A stretch of DNA of 64,000 nt, from positions 586,868 to 650,867 of the forward strand of contig CAVTQP010000003.1 of NCBI GenBank assembly GCA_963736925.1, read 5' to 3'. Source of the stretch: an uncultured Actinomycetes bacterium (GTDB lineage Bacteria > Actinomycetota > Acidimicrobiia > Acidimicrobiales > CAVTQP01). Numbering within the stretch: position 1 is the first letter of the stretch; every line of letters begins with the position of its first letter. A program made the translations under genes and the position numbers. Under the pieces are notes generated by a model, which did not search any database, was not told the DNA's origin, and saw only the letters and a list, made by a program, of their open reading frames with translations. Below are positions 28,162 through 38,016 of this stretch, piece after piece.

Positions 28162-29432
28162 CAGACGGCCCGTCGTGGATCGAGCGCGATGCCCGCGTCG
28201 TCTGGCATGGGTTCACCCAGATGTCGAGCTACGCCTCGAACGCGCCCATCGTGGTCGAACGAGGTGAGGGGCGGGAGCTGATCGCCGTCGACGGGAAGCG
28301 CTATCTGGACGCGATCTCTTCTTTGTGGCTGACCACCCTCGGACACCGGGTTCCGGAACTTGACGCCGCGGTCGTCGAGCAACTCGGCAGGATCGCGCAC
28401 TCGACGATGCTCGGCAACGGCAACCGGATCACCGTCGAGTTCGCCGAGGAGCTGGCGCGGGTCGTGCCGGTGGACGAGCCACACGTGCTGTTCGCCTCTG
28501 ACGGGGCGGCTGCCGTGGAGCAAGCTCTCAAGATCGCCTTCCAGTACTGGTGGCTCAAAGGTGACCGCAGGCGCACCACCTACCTGACCCTGGAGGAGGC
28601 CTATCATGGCGACACTGTCGGGTCGCTCTCGGTCGGCGGCGGCGGATTCGGGACCGGGCTGTTCGATCCGCTCCGGTTCCCGGTGCTCCGCGCTCCGAGC
28701 GTTCCCGCGCTGATCGACATGCTTGATCAGACCGCCGCTGATCTGGCGGCGGTGGTCGTCGAGCCGCTCGTCCAGGGCGCCGCCGGGATGATCCTGCACG
28801 ACCCCGAGGCCCTCGCACGGCTCGGCCGGGAGTGCGAGCGAACACGTGTGCTGCTCGTGTGCGACGAGGTCGCGACCGGCTTCGGACGAACGGGAACCCT
28901 TTTCGCGTCGGAGGGCTGTGACCTGCGCCCTGACATCCTGTGCTTGGGCAAAGGCCTTACCGGAGGGTACCTCCCCATGTCGGCAACCGTCGTCTCAGCG
29001 CCCGTCTACGACGCCTTCCTCGGGCCTGACCTCTCGGAGTACACCTTCTACCACGGCCATTCCTACGGGGGGAACGCGCTCGGCGCCGCCGTGGCGCTTC
29101 GCCACCTGAGGTTGCTGGCCGAATGGGACGTGCTCGACAACGTGCGGTCGCGTTCTGATCAGCTTCGTGCCTTGCTGACCGAGCACTTGTCGCCGCACCC
29201 GGCGGTCAAGGAGATCCGCCTGTGTGGTCTCATGGGCGGAGTCGAGCTCGCGCCCCCCGCGGAGGACTTGAACTGGGGGCGTCGCGTTTGCGCCCGCGCG
29301 GTCGCGTCGGGGGTGCTCCTCCGCCCCCTTGGTGACGTGGTCGTGCTCATGCCCATGCTCACCAGCTCGTCTGACGAGATCGGGCGCATCGTCTCGGTGC
29401 TGGAGTCGGCCGTCACAGAGGTTTGTCGATGA
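28158..29432 (+). CDS. bioA: Adenosylmethionine-8-amino-7-oxononanoate aminotransferase
   Basis: VWHGFTQM...LWLTTLGH...LVCDEVATGFGRTGTLFA...LCLGKGLTGGYLPMSAT (PLP Lys). Confidence 0.92.
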   Translation: MTDGPSWIERDARVVWHGFTQMSSYASNAPIVVERGEGRELIAVDGKRYLDAISSLWLTTLGHRVPELDAAVVEQLGRIAHSTMLGNGNRITVEFAEELARVVPVDEPHVLFASDGAAAVEQALKIAFQYWWLKGDRRRTTYLTLEEAYHGDTVGSLSVGGGGFGTGLFDPLRFPVLRAPSVPALIDMLDQTAADLAAVVVEPLVQGAAGMILHDPEALARLGRECERTRVLLVCDEVATGFGRTGTLFASEGCDLRPDILCLGKGLTGGYLPMSATVVSAPVYDAFLGPDLSEYTFYHGHSYGGNALGAAVALRHLRLLAEWDVLDNVRSRSDQLRALLTEHLSPHPAVKEIRLCGLMGGVELAPPAEDLNWGRRVCARAVASGVLLRPLGDVVVLMPMLTSSSDEIGRIVSVLESAVTEVCR

Positions 29433-30556
29433 GTTGGGCTCGATGGGCGGCCGAGCAAGGTGATGCGATCCGTTCCAGGGGCCGTTGGCGTGCGCCTCGG
29501 GTCTTCGACGCGGCGGGGCCTACGGGCCACGTCGAGGGGAGGCGCGTCGTGTCCTTCGCGTCGAACGATTACCTCGGGTTGACACAGCACCCCCAGGTGA
29601 GGCTCGGCGCGATCTCGGCCCTCGAGCGTTGGGGTACCGGGGCCGGCGCCTCTCGCCTCGTCGTGGGATCCCGTCCCGTGCATGCGCAGCTGGAGTCGGC
29701 CCTCGCCGCTTGGAAGGGAGAGGAGGCGGCCGTCGTCTTCCCCACCGGCTTCGCCGCCAACCTGGGCGTGGTCACGACCTTCGCCGGGCCGGGAACGCGG
29801 GTGCTCTCCGACGAGCTCAACCACGCGTCGATAATCGACGGCTGTAAGGCGTCAGGCGCCGAGGTCGTCGTCTACCGCCACCGCGACGCGGACCACTGTG
29901 CTCGGCTGCTTGCGGCCTCATCGGCACCGAGCGTGGTGGTGACCGACCTGGTGTTCTCGATGGACGGGGACATGGCGCCCGTGGCGGAGCTGGCTTCGGC
30001 ATGCAGCGCCCGAGGGGCATTTCTCGTACTGGATGAAGCACATGCGGTGCTGGGGCCACACGAGGTCCCATCGTGTGAGTACATACGGGTTGGGACGATG
30101 TCGAAGACCCTTGGCGCGCTGGGCGGTTTCGTGTCCGGGCGTCGGGTGTTCACCGATCTGGTCGTGAACAGGGCACGCTCGTACATCTTCACGACCGCGC
30201 TGTCGCCTGCGGACGCGGGAGCTGCCCTCGCCGCCGTGGGCATCGTCGGTGGAGACGAGGGCGATGTCATGCGTCACCGGCTCCGCCAGCTGGTCGACCG
30301 GCTCGCGCCGGCACATCCGTCGCCGATCGTTCCGATCGTCATAGGGGACGATAGAGAAGCTGTGGCGGTGGCTGGCGCGCTGCTGGAGCGCGGATTGCTG
30401 GTTCCGGCGATCCGACCCCCCACGGTTCGCGAGGGGACCTCCCGGCTCCGGGTCGCCCTGTCGGCCGCTCACGCCGAGGATGCGGTGGACGACCTCCTGG
30501 AGGCTCTCGACCAGGTCTGGCCTACCTGGCGCCCCGCTCGAGCCGGGGCTCGGTGA
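29429..30556 (+). CDS. bioF: 8-amino-7-oxononanoate synthase
   Basis: VVSFASNDYLGLTQHP...LVLDEAHAVLG...GTMSKTLGALGG. ATGA overlap with bioA (alternative TTG at 29423). Confidence 0.9.
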   Translation: MSWARWAAEQGDAIRSRGRWRAPRVFDAAGPTGHVEGRRVVSFASNDYLGLTQHPQVRLGAISALERWGTGAGASRLVVGSRPVHAQLESALAAWKGEEAAVVFPTGFAANLGVVTTFAGPGTRVLSDELNHASIIDGCKASGAEVVVYRHRDADHCARLLAASSAPSVVVTDLVFSMDGDMAPVAELASACSARGAFLVLDEAHAVLGPHEVPSCEYIRVGTMSKTLGALGGFVSGRRVFTDLVVNRARSYIFTTALSPADAGAALAAVGIVGGDEGDVMRHRLRQLVDRLAPAHPSPIVPIVIGDDREAVAVAGALLERGLLVPAIRPPTVREGTSRLRVALSAAHAEDAVDDLLEALDQVWPTWRPARAGAR

Positions 30557-31209
30557 CGCGGCCGCGGCGGCTGGTTGTCGTCGGCGGGACCGCCACGGAC
30601 GTGGGCAAGACTTGGGTCGCCGTCCGCCTGGCCACGGTGTTGAGAGGCCTGGGACGCAGTGTGGTGGCTCGAAAGCCCGCTCAGTCCTTCGATGCCGGCC
30701 AACTCCCGACCGATGCCGACCTGCTCGGTGCGGCAACCGGCGAGGACCCATGCGGGGTCTGCCCTCGCCATCGCTGGTACGAGATGGCCGCGGCGCCGTT
30801 CATGGCTGCCGAGATGCTGGGGCGTGCGCCTTTTGGTCTGGCTGACCTTGTCGGGGAGATCGCTTTTCCGCCATGGGAGGCGGACGTCGGCGTCATCGAG
30901 ACAGCGGGCGGTGTCCGATCGCCGATCAGCAGCGACGGCGCAGACGCTGTGGACCTTGCTGCGGCGCTGGGGTGCGATCAGGTGATCCTGGTGGCGGGGG
31001 CCGGACTAGGGGCCATCAACAACGTTCGCCTCTGTCTGTCGGCGCTGGAAGGCTTTGAGGTCGCCGTCTTCCTCAACCGCTTCGATGTCGCAGACGACCT
31101 CCAGCGACGCAACCGTTCGTGGCTCGCAGGCCATACGGGCGCACGCGTCGTCACCACCGTCGCGGAGCTCGGTAGGCTCGTGAGCGCAACCCAGGGACGC
31201 GGCCGGTAG
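30553..31209 (+). CDS. bioD: Dethiobiotin synthetase
   Basis: LVVVGGTATDVGKTWV P-loop...IETAGGVRSP. GTGA overlap with bioF. Confidence 0.88.
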   Translation: MTRPRRLVVVGGTATDVGKTWVAVRLATVLRGLGRSVVARKPAQSFDAGQLPTDADLLGAATGEDPCGVCPRHRWYEMAAAPFMAAEMLGRAPFGLADLVGEIAFPPWEADVGVIETAGGVRSPISSDGADAVDLAAALGCDQVILVAGAGLGAINNVRLCLSALEGFEVAVFLNRFDVADDLQRRNRSWLAGHTGARVVTTVAELGRLVSATQGRGR

Positions 31210-31236
31210 GCAGCGACGAGGCGAGGAGGACCGCAG

Positions 31237-32535
31237 ATGGCCTGGGACTTCTCCACCGATCCGGAGTTCGAGAGCCAGCTCGAGTGGATGCGCGGCTTCG
31301 TACGCGAGGAGATCTTCCCGCTCGAGACGCTCGAGTTGGACCACGAGTCGTTTCTTCGCGCCGTCCGTCCTCTTCAGGAACAGGTCAAGGCGCGCAATCT
31401 CTGGGCTTCCCATCTACCCCCCGAGCTCGGCGGTGGCGGGTTCGGTCAGGTGAAGCTGGGTCTCATGCACGAGATCCTCGGCCAGTCCCCTTACGCGCCG
31501 TTCGTCTTCGGCAACAACGCTCCCGACTCGGGGAACGCCGAGCTGATCGCTGTAGGAATCGAGTCGAGTGGCCGGCAAGAGCACCGTGAACGGTGGCTCG
31601 CTCCGTTGCTGGCCGGCCACCTGCGCAGCGCCTTCTCCATGACCGAGCCGGGCGCGGGCGCCGATCCCACCCTCATCAAGTCAACGGCCGTGCGCGACGG
31701 GGACGAGTGGGTCATAAACGGCCACAAGTGGTTCACCTCCAACGGGTCGGTGTCCGACTTCTTGATCGTCATGGCCGTGACGAACCCCGACGTGCACCCT
31801 TACCAGGGCACTTCGATGATCATTGTGCCGACCGGGACACCGGGGGTGAGCATCCTCAGGGACATTCCCACCATGGAGCATCCCTTCGAGCACATTGGCA
31901 GGTACGGCGGGCACTCCGAAGTCCTCTACCACGACGTGAGGGTTCCCTACGAGAACCTCGTGGGAAGAGAAGGGGAGGGTTTTGTTCTCGCTCAGAAACG
32001 GCTCGGACCCGGAAGGATCCACCACTGCATGCGTTGGTTGGGCCAGTCCCGCCGTGCCTTCGACATGCTCTGCGAGCGAGCAGTATCGCGCTATACGCAT
32101 GGCTCGTTCCTGGCGGAGAAGCAGACAGTCCAGAACTGGATCGCCGATTCGCTAGCCGAGATGACCGCGGCACGCCTGATGACCCTCTACGCGGCCTGGC
32201 GCATGGACCACGAGGGCCCTTCCGCCGCACGGGTGGAGATCGCGATGATCAAGTACTACGGCGCCCAGGTCCTCTACGACGTTATCGACAGGGCGATACA
32301 GATACACGGCTCACTCGGGTTCTCCACCGACCTCCCCCTGGAGTCGATGTACCGCGCGGCCAGGGCGGCTCGGATCTACGACGGGCCCGACGAGGTCCAC
32401 CGGGTCACCGTTGCCCGCCGGGTCCTCAAGGGCTACAAGCCCGTGGAAGTTCCCACAGAGCACGTGCCCACGAGAAGAGAAGCCGCCAAGGCGCGCTTTG
32501 CCGACCTCCTGGAGCACGCGACCGTCGACCTCTAG
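31237..32535 (+). CDS. Acyl-CoA dehydrogenase family protein
   Basis: SAFSMTEPGAGADPTLIKSTAVRDGDEWVINGHKWFTSNG...IYDGPDEVHRVTVARRVL. Confidence 0.9.
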   Translation: MAWDFSTDPEFESQLEWMRGFVREEIFPLETLELDHESFLRAVRPLQEQVKARNLWASHLPPELGGGGFGQVKLGLMHEILGQSPYAPFVFGNNAPDSGNAELIAVGIESSGRQEHRERWLAPLLAGHLRSAFSMTEPGAGADPTLIKSTAVRDGDEWVINGHKWFTSNGSVSDFLIVMAVTNPDVHPYQGTSMIIVPTGTPGVSILRDIPTMEHPFEHIGRYGGHSEVLYHDVRVPYENLVGREGEGFVLAQKRLGPGRIHHCMRWLGQSRRAFDMLCERAVSRYTHGSFLAEKQTVQNWIADSLAEMTAARLMTLYAAWRMDHEGPSAARVEIAMIKYYGAQVLYDVIDRAIQIHGSLGFSTDLPLESMYRAARAARIYDGPDEVHRVTVARRVLKGYKPVEVPTEHVPTRREAAKARFADLLEHATVDL

Positions 32536-32548
32536 CAGCCGGCCGCAG

Positions 32549-32830
32549 GTGGGCGCCCGCCCCCCCGTGCGCGCGAAGGTGGTGGTGAGGGGACAAGTAC
32601 AGGGTGTGTTCTTCCGCCAGTCCTGTCGCCGTCAGGCTCAGGCGGCACGCCTGTCCGGATGGGTGCGCAACCGAGGTGACGGCGCCGTCGAGGCGGCCTT
32701 CGAAGGTGATCCGGTGGCCGTGAGCCGCCTCGTCGACTGGTGCCGCGTGGGACCTCCCGGGGCCGTCGTGACCGACGTGTCCGTTTCCGCCGACAGGCCC
32801 TCGGGTGAGAGGGGCTTCCGCATCCTCTGA
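32549..32830 (+). CDS. acyP: Acylphosphatase
   Basis: VVVRGQVQGVFFRQSCRRQA..LSGWVRNRGDGAVEAAFEG...GP. GTG at 32549 or 32567. Confidence 0.85.
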   Translation: MGARPPVRAKVVVRGQVQGVFFRQSCRRQAQAARLSGWVRNRGDGAVEAAFEGDPVAVSRLVDWCRVGPPGAVVTDVSVSADRPSGERGFRIL

Positions 32831-32873
32831 AGATCGGGGAAACCTCGGTTCAGCCGACGGTAGTCTCGCGGCC

Positions 32874-33161
32874 ATGGCGTTGCTCAGCAGCCAAGAGGTC
32901 CGCAGGGGCGTGGCCAAGCTGGGCTGGGAGCGGGAGGGTGACGAGCTGGTCACGATCCGCAAGTGCAATGGGTTCGCCGGCGCGATCAGATTCGTGAACG
33001 CGGTCGCAGACCTGGCCGAGGAGGCCGATCATCACCCCGACATCGACATCCGCTGGAACACCGTCACGCTCAGGCTCTCCACCCATTCGGAGGGAGGGAT
33101 AACCCAGGCCGACCTGGACCTGGCCCGGAAGATCGACGTCCTGCCCGAGGGACGGTCTTGA
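32874..33161 (+). CDS. 4a-hydroxytetrahydrobiopterin dehydratase (pterin-4-alpha-carbinolamine dehydratase)
   Basis: GFAGAIRFVNAVADLAEEADHHPDIDIRWNTVTLRLSTH is the canonical PCD motif. Confidence 0.88.
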   Translation: MALLSSQEVRRGVAKLGWEREGDELVTIRKCNGFAGAIRFVNAVADLAEEADHHPDIDIRWNTVTLRLSTHSEGGITQADLDLARKIDVLPEGRS

Positions 33162-33170
33162 CGGCGCTCG

Positions 33171-34175
33171 TTGGATTACGCCCCCTACCACCAGCTGGAC
33201 AGCCGTCCCAGCGTGATCGCGGACGGACCCCCGGCGCCGGGCACCGTGATCACGCTCTCCCACTGGCCTCATAGCCCGACTCCCAGGGCTCTGGCCCGCG
33301 ACCTGTCCGCTCAGATCGTCTTCGCGTTCCTGAGCTCCTGGCGCCGTTGGCCTCGCGCCGAGCTCGTATCCAACGACCATGTCGATCAGGACGGCCTCGT
33401 CTCGGTCTACGCGCTGGTCAATCCCGAGGATGCCCTGGCGCGACGCGAGCTGCTCGAGGACGTCGCGGCCGCGGGGGACTTCGCGACCTTCAAGACCCGC
33501 CGGGCCGCTCGCATCAGCTTCTCCCTCGCCACGCTCGCCGACCAGGACCGGTCGCCTCTGGCCGCGGCTCCCGGGCCGGCGTACGGGTACGAGGAGAGCT
33601 GTGGCGCCCTCTACCGGGAGCTGCTCGCCATGTTCCCCCACCTGCTGGAGAGCCCCGGCTCGCATCGAGGTCTTTGGGAGGAGGAGGATTCCAACCTCGC
33701 TGCCAGCGAGGCTGCCTTCGACAGCGGGCAAGCTTCCCTGACAGAGGAACCCCAGGCCGACCTGGCTGTCGTGAACGTTGCCGACGGTTTCGCCGCTCCG
33801 GGCCTTTGCACGCGTTTCACACACGCCGTGCGCTCCCCACTCCACCCCGCCTCTATCCACAATCGCACAGACCGACTCCGGTACGTGGTCGCGTGGGGCC
33901 GGCGGTACAGAGTGATATTTCGTTACGAATCCTGGGTCAGGCTGATGTCCCGCAAGCCCCCCGCACGGGTGGATCTCTCTCCTCTGGCCGAGAGGCTGAA
34001 CAACGACGAGCGGGGCGACGCGCGCTGGAGCTTCGATGCTGTCGGAGCGCTCGAGCCCGTGTTGAGCACCGGCGAAGGACAGGAGAGCAGCCTCGAGCCC
34101 GGCCGGGTGATCGAGCTGCTCAGGGCGTACCTTGTGACAGCGCGTCCGGCCTGGGACCCCTATGCGCAGGCCTAG
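33171..34175 (+). CDS. Conserved-looking hypothetical protein
   Basis: GC3-rich codon usage on the + strand and no recognisable catalytic motifs. The 445-aa ORF on the opposite strand is an Arg-rich shadow ORF. Confidence 0.55.
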   Translation: MDYAPYHQLDSRPSVIADGPPAPGTVITLSHWPHSPTPRALARDLSAQIVFAFLSSWRRWPRAELVSNDHVDQDGLVSVYALVNPEDALARRELLEDVAAAGDFATFKTRRAARISFSLATLADQDRSPLAAAPGPAYGYEESCGALYRELLAMFPHLLESPGSHRGLWEEEDSNLAASEAAFDSGQASLTEEPQADLAVVNVADGFAAPGLCTRFTHAVRSPLHPASIHNRTDRLRYVVAWGRRYRVIFRYESWVRLMSRKPPARVDLSPLAERLNNDERGDARWSFDAVGALEPVLSTGEGQESSLEPGRVIELLRAYLVTARPAWDPYAQA

Positions 34176-34201
34176 CTTGCGTTGCACGGCGCTAGCTTTG
34201 G

Positions 34202-34933
34202 ATGCACGGCGCTAGCTTTGGACCGGTGGCCGGGCCCCTGGTAGCGATCCCCGCCTACCACCTCGACCGGGGGAGGGTCAGCGGATGGAAGTCGGGCGCG
34301 TACGCCGTCCCCGATCCCTACGTGGACGCGGTGTCGCGAGCCGGGGGACGCGCGCTGTTGGTCCTCGACACCGATGAGGGTGCCACCCGGGAACCCTTCG
34401 ACGCGCTCCTGCTGGCCGGAGGGGGCGACATGGACCCGGCCAGCTACGGAGCGGATCCACACCCCAGGGTGGACTCGATCGATCCCCGTCGCGACCGCGT
34501 GGAGATGGGCTTGGCGAGGTGGGCCGCCCGACGAGGCATGCCCACCCTTGCGATATGCCGCGGGATGCAGGTTCTCAACGTCGCGTTGGGAGGGACACTT
34601 CATCAACACCTGCCCGACCTCGGCCCGTTCGACCACGGGAGGGAAGGGGACGCCAGCCATCCCGTCGAGGTGAGCCCGCGGTCTCATCTCGCCGGTGTGA
34701 CCGGAACCACCGTCGCCAGGTGCGTCTCGCACCATCATCAGGGAGTGGACCGTCTCGCCGATGATCTCTTTGCGGTTGGCTGGAGCGCCGACGGATTGGT
34801 GGAGGCCCTGGAGACGGCAGAGGGAGAGATCGTCGGCGTGCAGTGGCATCCGGAACGTTCGGCTGCCGAGGACGCCCGGCAGCAATCCCTGTTCGACGCC
34901 CTCGTCGAGCGGGCGAGTACCCGTCGTGGATGA
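34202..34933 (+). CDS. Class I glutamine amidotransferase-like hydrolase (peptidase C26 / PuuD-like)
   Basis: PTLAICRGMQVLNVALGGTLHQHL...VGVQWHPE motifs. Confidence 0.85.
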   Translation: MHGASFGPVAGPLVAIPAYHLDRGRVSGWKSGAYAVPDPYVDAVSRAGGRALLVLDTDEGATREPFDALLLAGGGDMDPASYGADPHPRVDSIDPRRDRVEMGLARWAARRGMPTLAICRGMQVLNVALGGTLHQHLPDLGPFDHGREGDASHPVEVSPRSHLAGVTGTTVARCVSHHHQGVDRLADDLFAVGWSADGLVEALETAEGEIVGVQWHPERSAAEDARQQSLFDALVERASTRRG

Positions 34934-34951
34934 GGCGGTAATCTGGCTTGC

Positions 34952-36196
34952 ATGGTTACAACCGAGGTTTCTCTCACCGACGAGCAGGTGCGAGAGGAGG
35001 TGGTCGCCTGGCTGCGCGAGAGCCTTCCGCCTTCTTGGGTAAAGGCGGTTGACGAGGGTGACGACTCCACGATCGCCGCGGCAAGGTTGGCTCTCGACTA
35101 CAACGGATGGTGCGAAAGGCTCGGAAGGGCAGGGTGGGCCACGCCGACGTGGCCGCGCGAGTACGGGGGTGCCGGGCTCAGCCCATCGCAGGCGTGTGTA
35201 GTGAACGACGAGCTCACCCATTTCAAGGTCCCGCGTACTTACAACGTCATCGGGATCGGGATGGGCGCCCCGACCATCATGCAGTGGGGCACCGACGAGC
35301 TGTGTCGGCGCTACCTGCCACCGATGGCACAGGGTCGCGAGATCTGGTGCCAGCTGTTCAGCGAACCTGGTGCCGGGTCCGATGTCGCCGGCCTGTCCAC
35401 CAGAGCGGTTCTTGACGGTGACGAGTGGGTCGTTACCGGCCAGAAGGTGTGGACGACATTGGCCCACATCGCTTCGTTCGGCCTCCTGGTGGCTCGCACC
35501 AACCCCGAGGTCCCCAAGCACAAGGGCCTCACCTACTTCATCGTCGACATGCATGCTCCGGGTGTGGATGCGAGGCCGCTGCGTCAGATGACCGGTGACG
35601 CGGAGTTCAACGAGGTCTTCTTCACAGACGTCCGCGTACCCGACAGACACCGTCTGGGCCCGGTCGGTGACGGATGGGCCGTCGCCACCACCACACTCAT
35701 GAACGAGAGGGTCGCCCTGTCGGGGGCGGGGAGCGTCGCCGGAGACGTGGTCGGCGGCGGACCTGTGGACCAGCTGATCAAGGTGGCTCGAAAGAGCGGC
35801 GCTTTCTCGGATCCCTTGGTCCGCCAGCGTCTTATGAAGGCACTGTCCGAGAGCCGAGTCATCAAGGTGACCAACTTCCGTGCAGCAGCTGCGCGCAAGG
35901 CGGGCAAGCCCCCCGGGGCGGAGGGATCCATCACCAAGCTGTTCGCCGCCGAGCACAACCAACGGGTCCAGGAGCTGGCGGTCGAGCTGCTGGGAGCGGG
36001 GGCCATGGCATGGGTCCCCTCGGACTCCGCGAGGGCGGGGACCGTCCGAGGCTTCCTCAGGTCACGTGCCAACACCATCGAGGGCGGCACCTCCGAGATC
36101 ATGCGGAACATCCTCGGTGAGCGCGTGCTGGGCCTACCCAGGGAGCCCGCCGTGGACAGGGACGTACCCTGGAAGGACGTGGCCCGGTCGTCCTAG
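34952..36196 (+). CDS. Acyl-CoA dehydrogenase family protein
   Basis: CQLFSEPGAGSDVAGLSTRAVLDGDEWVVTGQKVWTT...GGTSEIMRNILGERVLGLP. Confidence 0.9.
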   Translation: MVTTEVSLTDEQVREEVVAWLRESLPPSWVKAVDEGDDSTIAAARLALDYNGWCERLGRAGWATPTWPREYGGAGLSPSQACVVNDELTHFKVPRTYNVIGIGMGAPTIMQWGTDELCRRYLPPMAQGREIWCQLFSEPGAGSDVAGLSTRAVLDGDEWVVTGQKVWTTLAHIASFGLLVARTNPEVPKHKGLTYFIVDMHAPGVDARPLRQMTGDAEFNEVFFTDVRVPDRHRLGPVGDGWAVATTTLMNERVALSGAGSVAGDVVGGGPVDQLIKVARKSGAFSDPLVRQRLMKALSESRVIKVTNFRAAAARKAGKPPGAEGSITKLFAAEHNQRVQELAVELLGAGAMAWVPSDSARAGTVRGFLRSRANTIEGGTSEIMRNILGERVLGLPREPAVDRDVPWKDVARSS

Positions 36197-36227
36197 CGGA
36201 GTGGCCGCCCTACCTGGAGCGGTCCTC

Positions 36228-36824
36228 CTATAGGGGCATCCCCCAAAGCGAGAACCAGCGGGACAGGTCCTCTTCCATGTGGAGGTCTTCTCCCACCAGG
36301 GCGCGCAGGCGGAGCTCCAGCTCGTTGTCCCGCCTCTCCTTGCCGTTCGGGGCGAACGGATAGAAGGAGCCTCTCTTGTAGAGGTACACGAGGTAGGCCT
36401 TGGCCGCTGCCTGGGAGCCTGAGGGGGCGCCCTCGCTCAGGGCGAAAACCGAACAGAGCAGCTGGGGACCGTATCCGTGGTCCTGCAAGGTGGAGTTGAC
36501 CACGTGGACCCTGGTTACCAGCTCGCTCGGATCGGGATCCTCCAGCACCATCCAGCGGTAGCCGTAGTTGTCGGACTGGATCCCAGGGTCAGAGGCCGCG
36601 CCACCCTGGCCCTTTCCGTCGGCGGACAGGAGCTGGGTGATCTCGGTTTGGATCTCGTCGAAGGGCTGACCCGCGCCGGGCTTGAAGCAGATAGCCGCTC
36701 GGCCGGTCAGCTGTAGGCCCGCCTCCGCCTGAAGGGTTATGGCCGCCGAGGGTAAGGCGAAAAGAGCATCGAGATTGGCCTGCGCCGGCTTGGTCCGTCC
36801 GAGAAGTGTGTCCAGTATCCTCAC
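36228..36824 (-). CDS. PspA-associated protein (PspAB-like), function unknown
   Basis: Last gene of the pspA-pspAA-htpX cluster, with a 4-nt overlap with htpX. MRILDTLLGRTKPAQANLDALFALPSAA... resembles proteins named PspAB in actinobacterial annotations. Confidence 0.6.
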   Translation of the reverse strand: MRILDTLLGRTKPAQANLDALFALPSAAITLQAEAGLQLTGRAAICFKPGAGQPFDEIQTEITQLLSADGKGQGGAASDPGIQSDNYGYRWMVLEDPDPSELVTRVHVVNSTLQDHGYGPQLLCSVFALSEGAPSGSQAAAKAYLVYLYKRGSFYPFAPNGKERRDNELELRLRALVGEDLHMEEDLSRWFSLWGMPL

Positions 36825-37738
36825 GCCCGCTTGCCCATCTCTGCCTCCAGGCGGGCGAGCTGGTCCAGGCGCTTCTCGAGACTCGGGTGGGTGGAGAACA
36901 GGGACGAAAGGCTCGTTCCGTTGGAGAGGGCCGGTGTGAAGTAGAAGGCGTTGAACGCCTCCGCGGAGCGCAGGTCGCGGGTCGGGATGCGGGACATCTC
37001 GCCGGTGACCTTGATGAGCGCCGAGGCCAGGATCGAGGGGCGACCGGTGAGGATGGCGCCCGAGCGGTCGGCCGACAGCTCCCGGTACCGGGACAGAGCC
37101 CGCGTCAAAAGGAAGCTGATGGCGTACACGAGGGCCGAGACTGCGATGATTGCCAGCTCCATGAGGGCCGCGTTGTCACCTTCGCCGTCACCGTCACCGA
37201 AGCCACCGAACATCCCCGCATAGAAGGCGAACCTGGTGACCAGACCAGCGAGGATGCCGAGGAAGCTGGCGATCGTCATCACCGCCACGTCGCGGTGGGC
37301 GACGTGTGACAGCTCGTGAGCGAGGACCGCCTCCAGCTCGGGTTCTTCCAATCGCCTCATGATGCCGGTGGTGGCGCATACCACGGCGCTGTTCTGGTTG
37401 CGGCCTGTCGCGAAGGCGTTCGGAAGATCGATGTCCGCAACGGCGACACGGGGCTTCTTCATGTCGGCCAGAGCGCAAAGACGGTCGACGATCCCGTGAA
37501 GGACCGGCTCCTGCTCTGGTGTGACCTCGTGACCCCCCATGGCGAAAAGGGCGATCTTGTCGGAGAAGTAATACTGGACAACCAGAACGACCGCCGCTAT
37601 GGCGATCACCAGGGCGACGCTGACGTGCACCGCGATCAGCACTGCCACGAAGACCACATAGAGCAGGCCCAACAGGAACATCGTGGTGACCATCCTGGTG
37701 GACAGGCCCTTGTCCTTGGGAAAGCGAGTGCTCGGCAT
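36821..37738 (-). CDS. htpX: Zinc metalloprotease HtpX (M48 family)
   Basis: Four TM segments and an AHELSHVAHRD HExxH motif. Confidence 0.92.
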   Translation of the reverse strand: MPSTRFPKDKGLSTRMVTTMFLLGLLYVVFVAVLIAVHVSVALVIAIAAVVLVVQYYFSDKIALFAMGGHEVTPEQEPVLHGIVDRLCALADMKKPRVAVADIDLPNAFATGRNQNSAVVCATTGIMRRLEEPELEAVLAHELSHVAHRDVAVMTIASFLGILAGLVTRFAFYAGMFGGFGDGDGEGDNAALMELAIIAVSALVYAISFLLTRALSRYRELSADRSGAILTGRPSILASALIKVTGEMSRIPTRDLRSAEAFNAFYFTPALSNGTSLSSLFSTHPSLEKRLDQLARLEAEMGKRA

Positions 37739-38016
37739 CAGTCGGTGACAGCCCCCTTGTCGTGCAACAGCTCGTAGACCTCCTCGCGCGAGGCGCTCTC
37801 GGGAGGCAGAGCCATGTCCGAGGGCCCGAGGTAGTCGTCCGGGAGCCGGGTGCCGGCCGAGCGAACCTTTGTGAACAGTGCCTGGAGGGCCGAACGGAAC
37901 CGGGCCTCGTCCTTGCCGTCAACGGCTTTCATGAGGGCCGCGTCGAGCTTCTCCAGCTCCTTGGCCTGCTCGTCCGGCACCTCGAACTGGCCCTCGGCCG
38001 CTATGCGCACGATCAC
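37738..38016 (-). CDS. PspA-associated small protein (PspAA-like)
   Basis: MIVRIAAEGQFEVPDEQAKELEKLDAALMKAV..., 92 aa, overlapping pspA (ATGA) and htpX. Confidence 0.65.
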   Translation of the reverse strand: MIVRIAAEGQFEVPDEQAKELEKLDAALMKAVDGKDEARFRSALQALFTKVRSAGTRLPDDYLGPSDMALPPESASREEVYELLHDKGAVTD

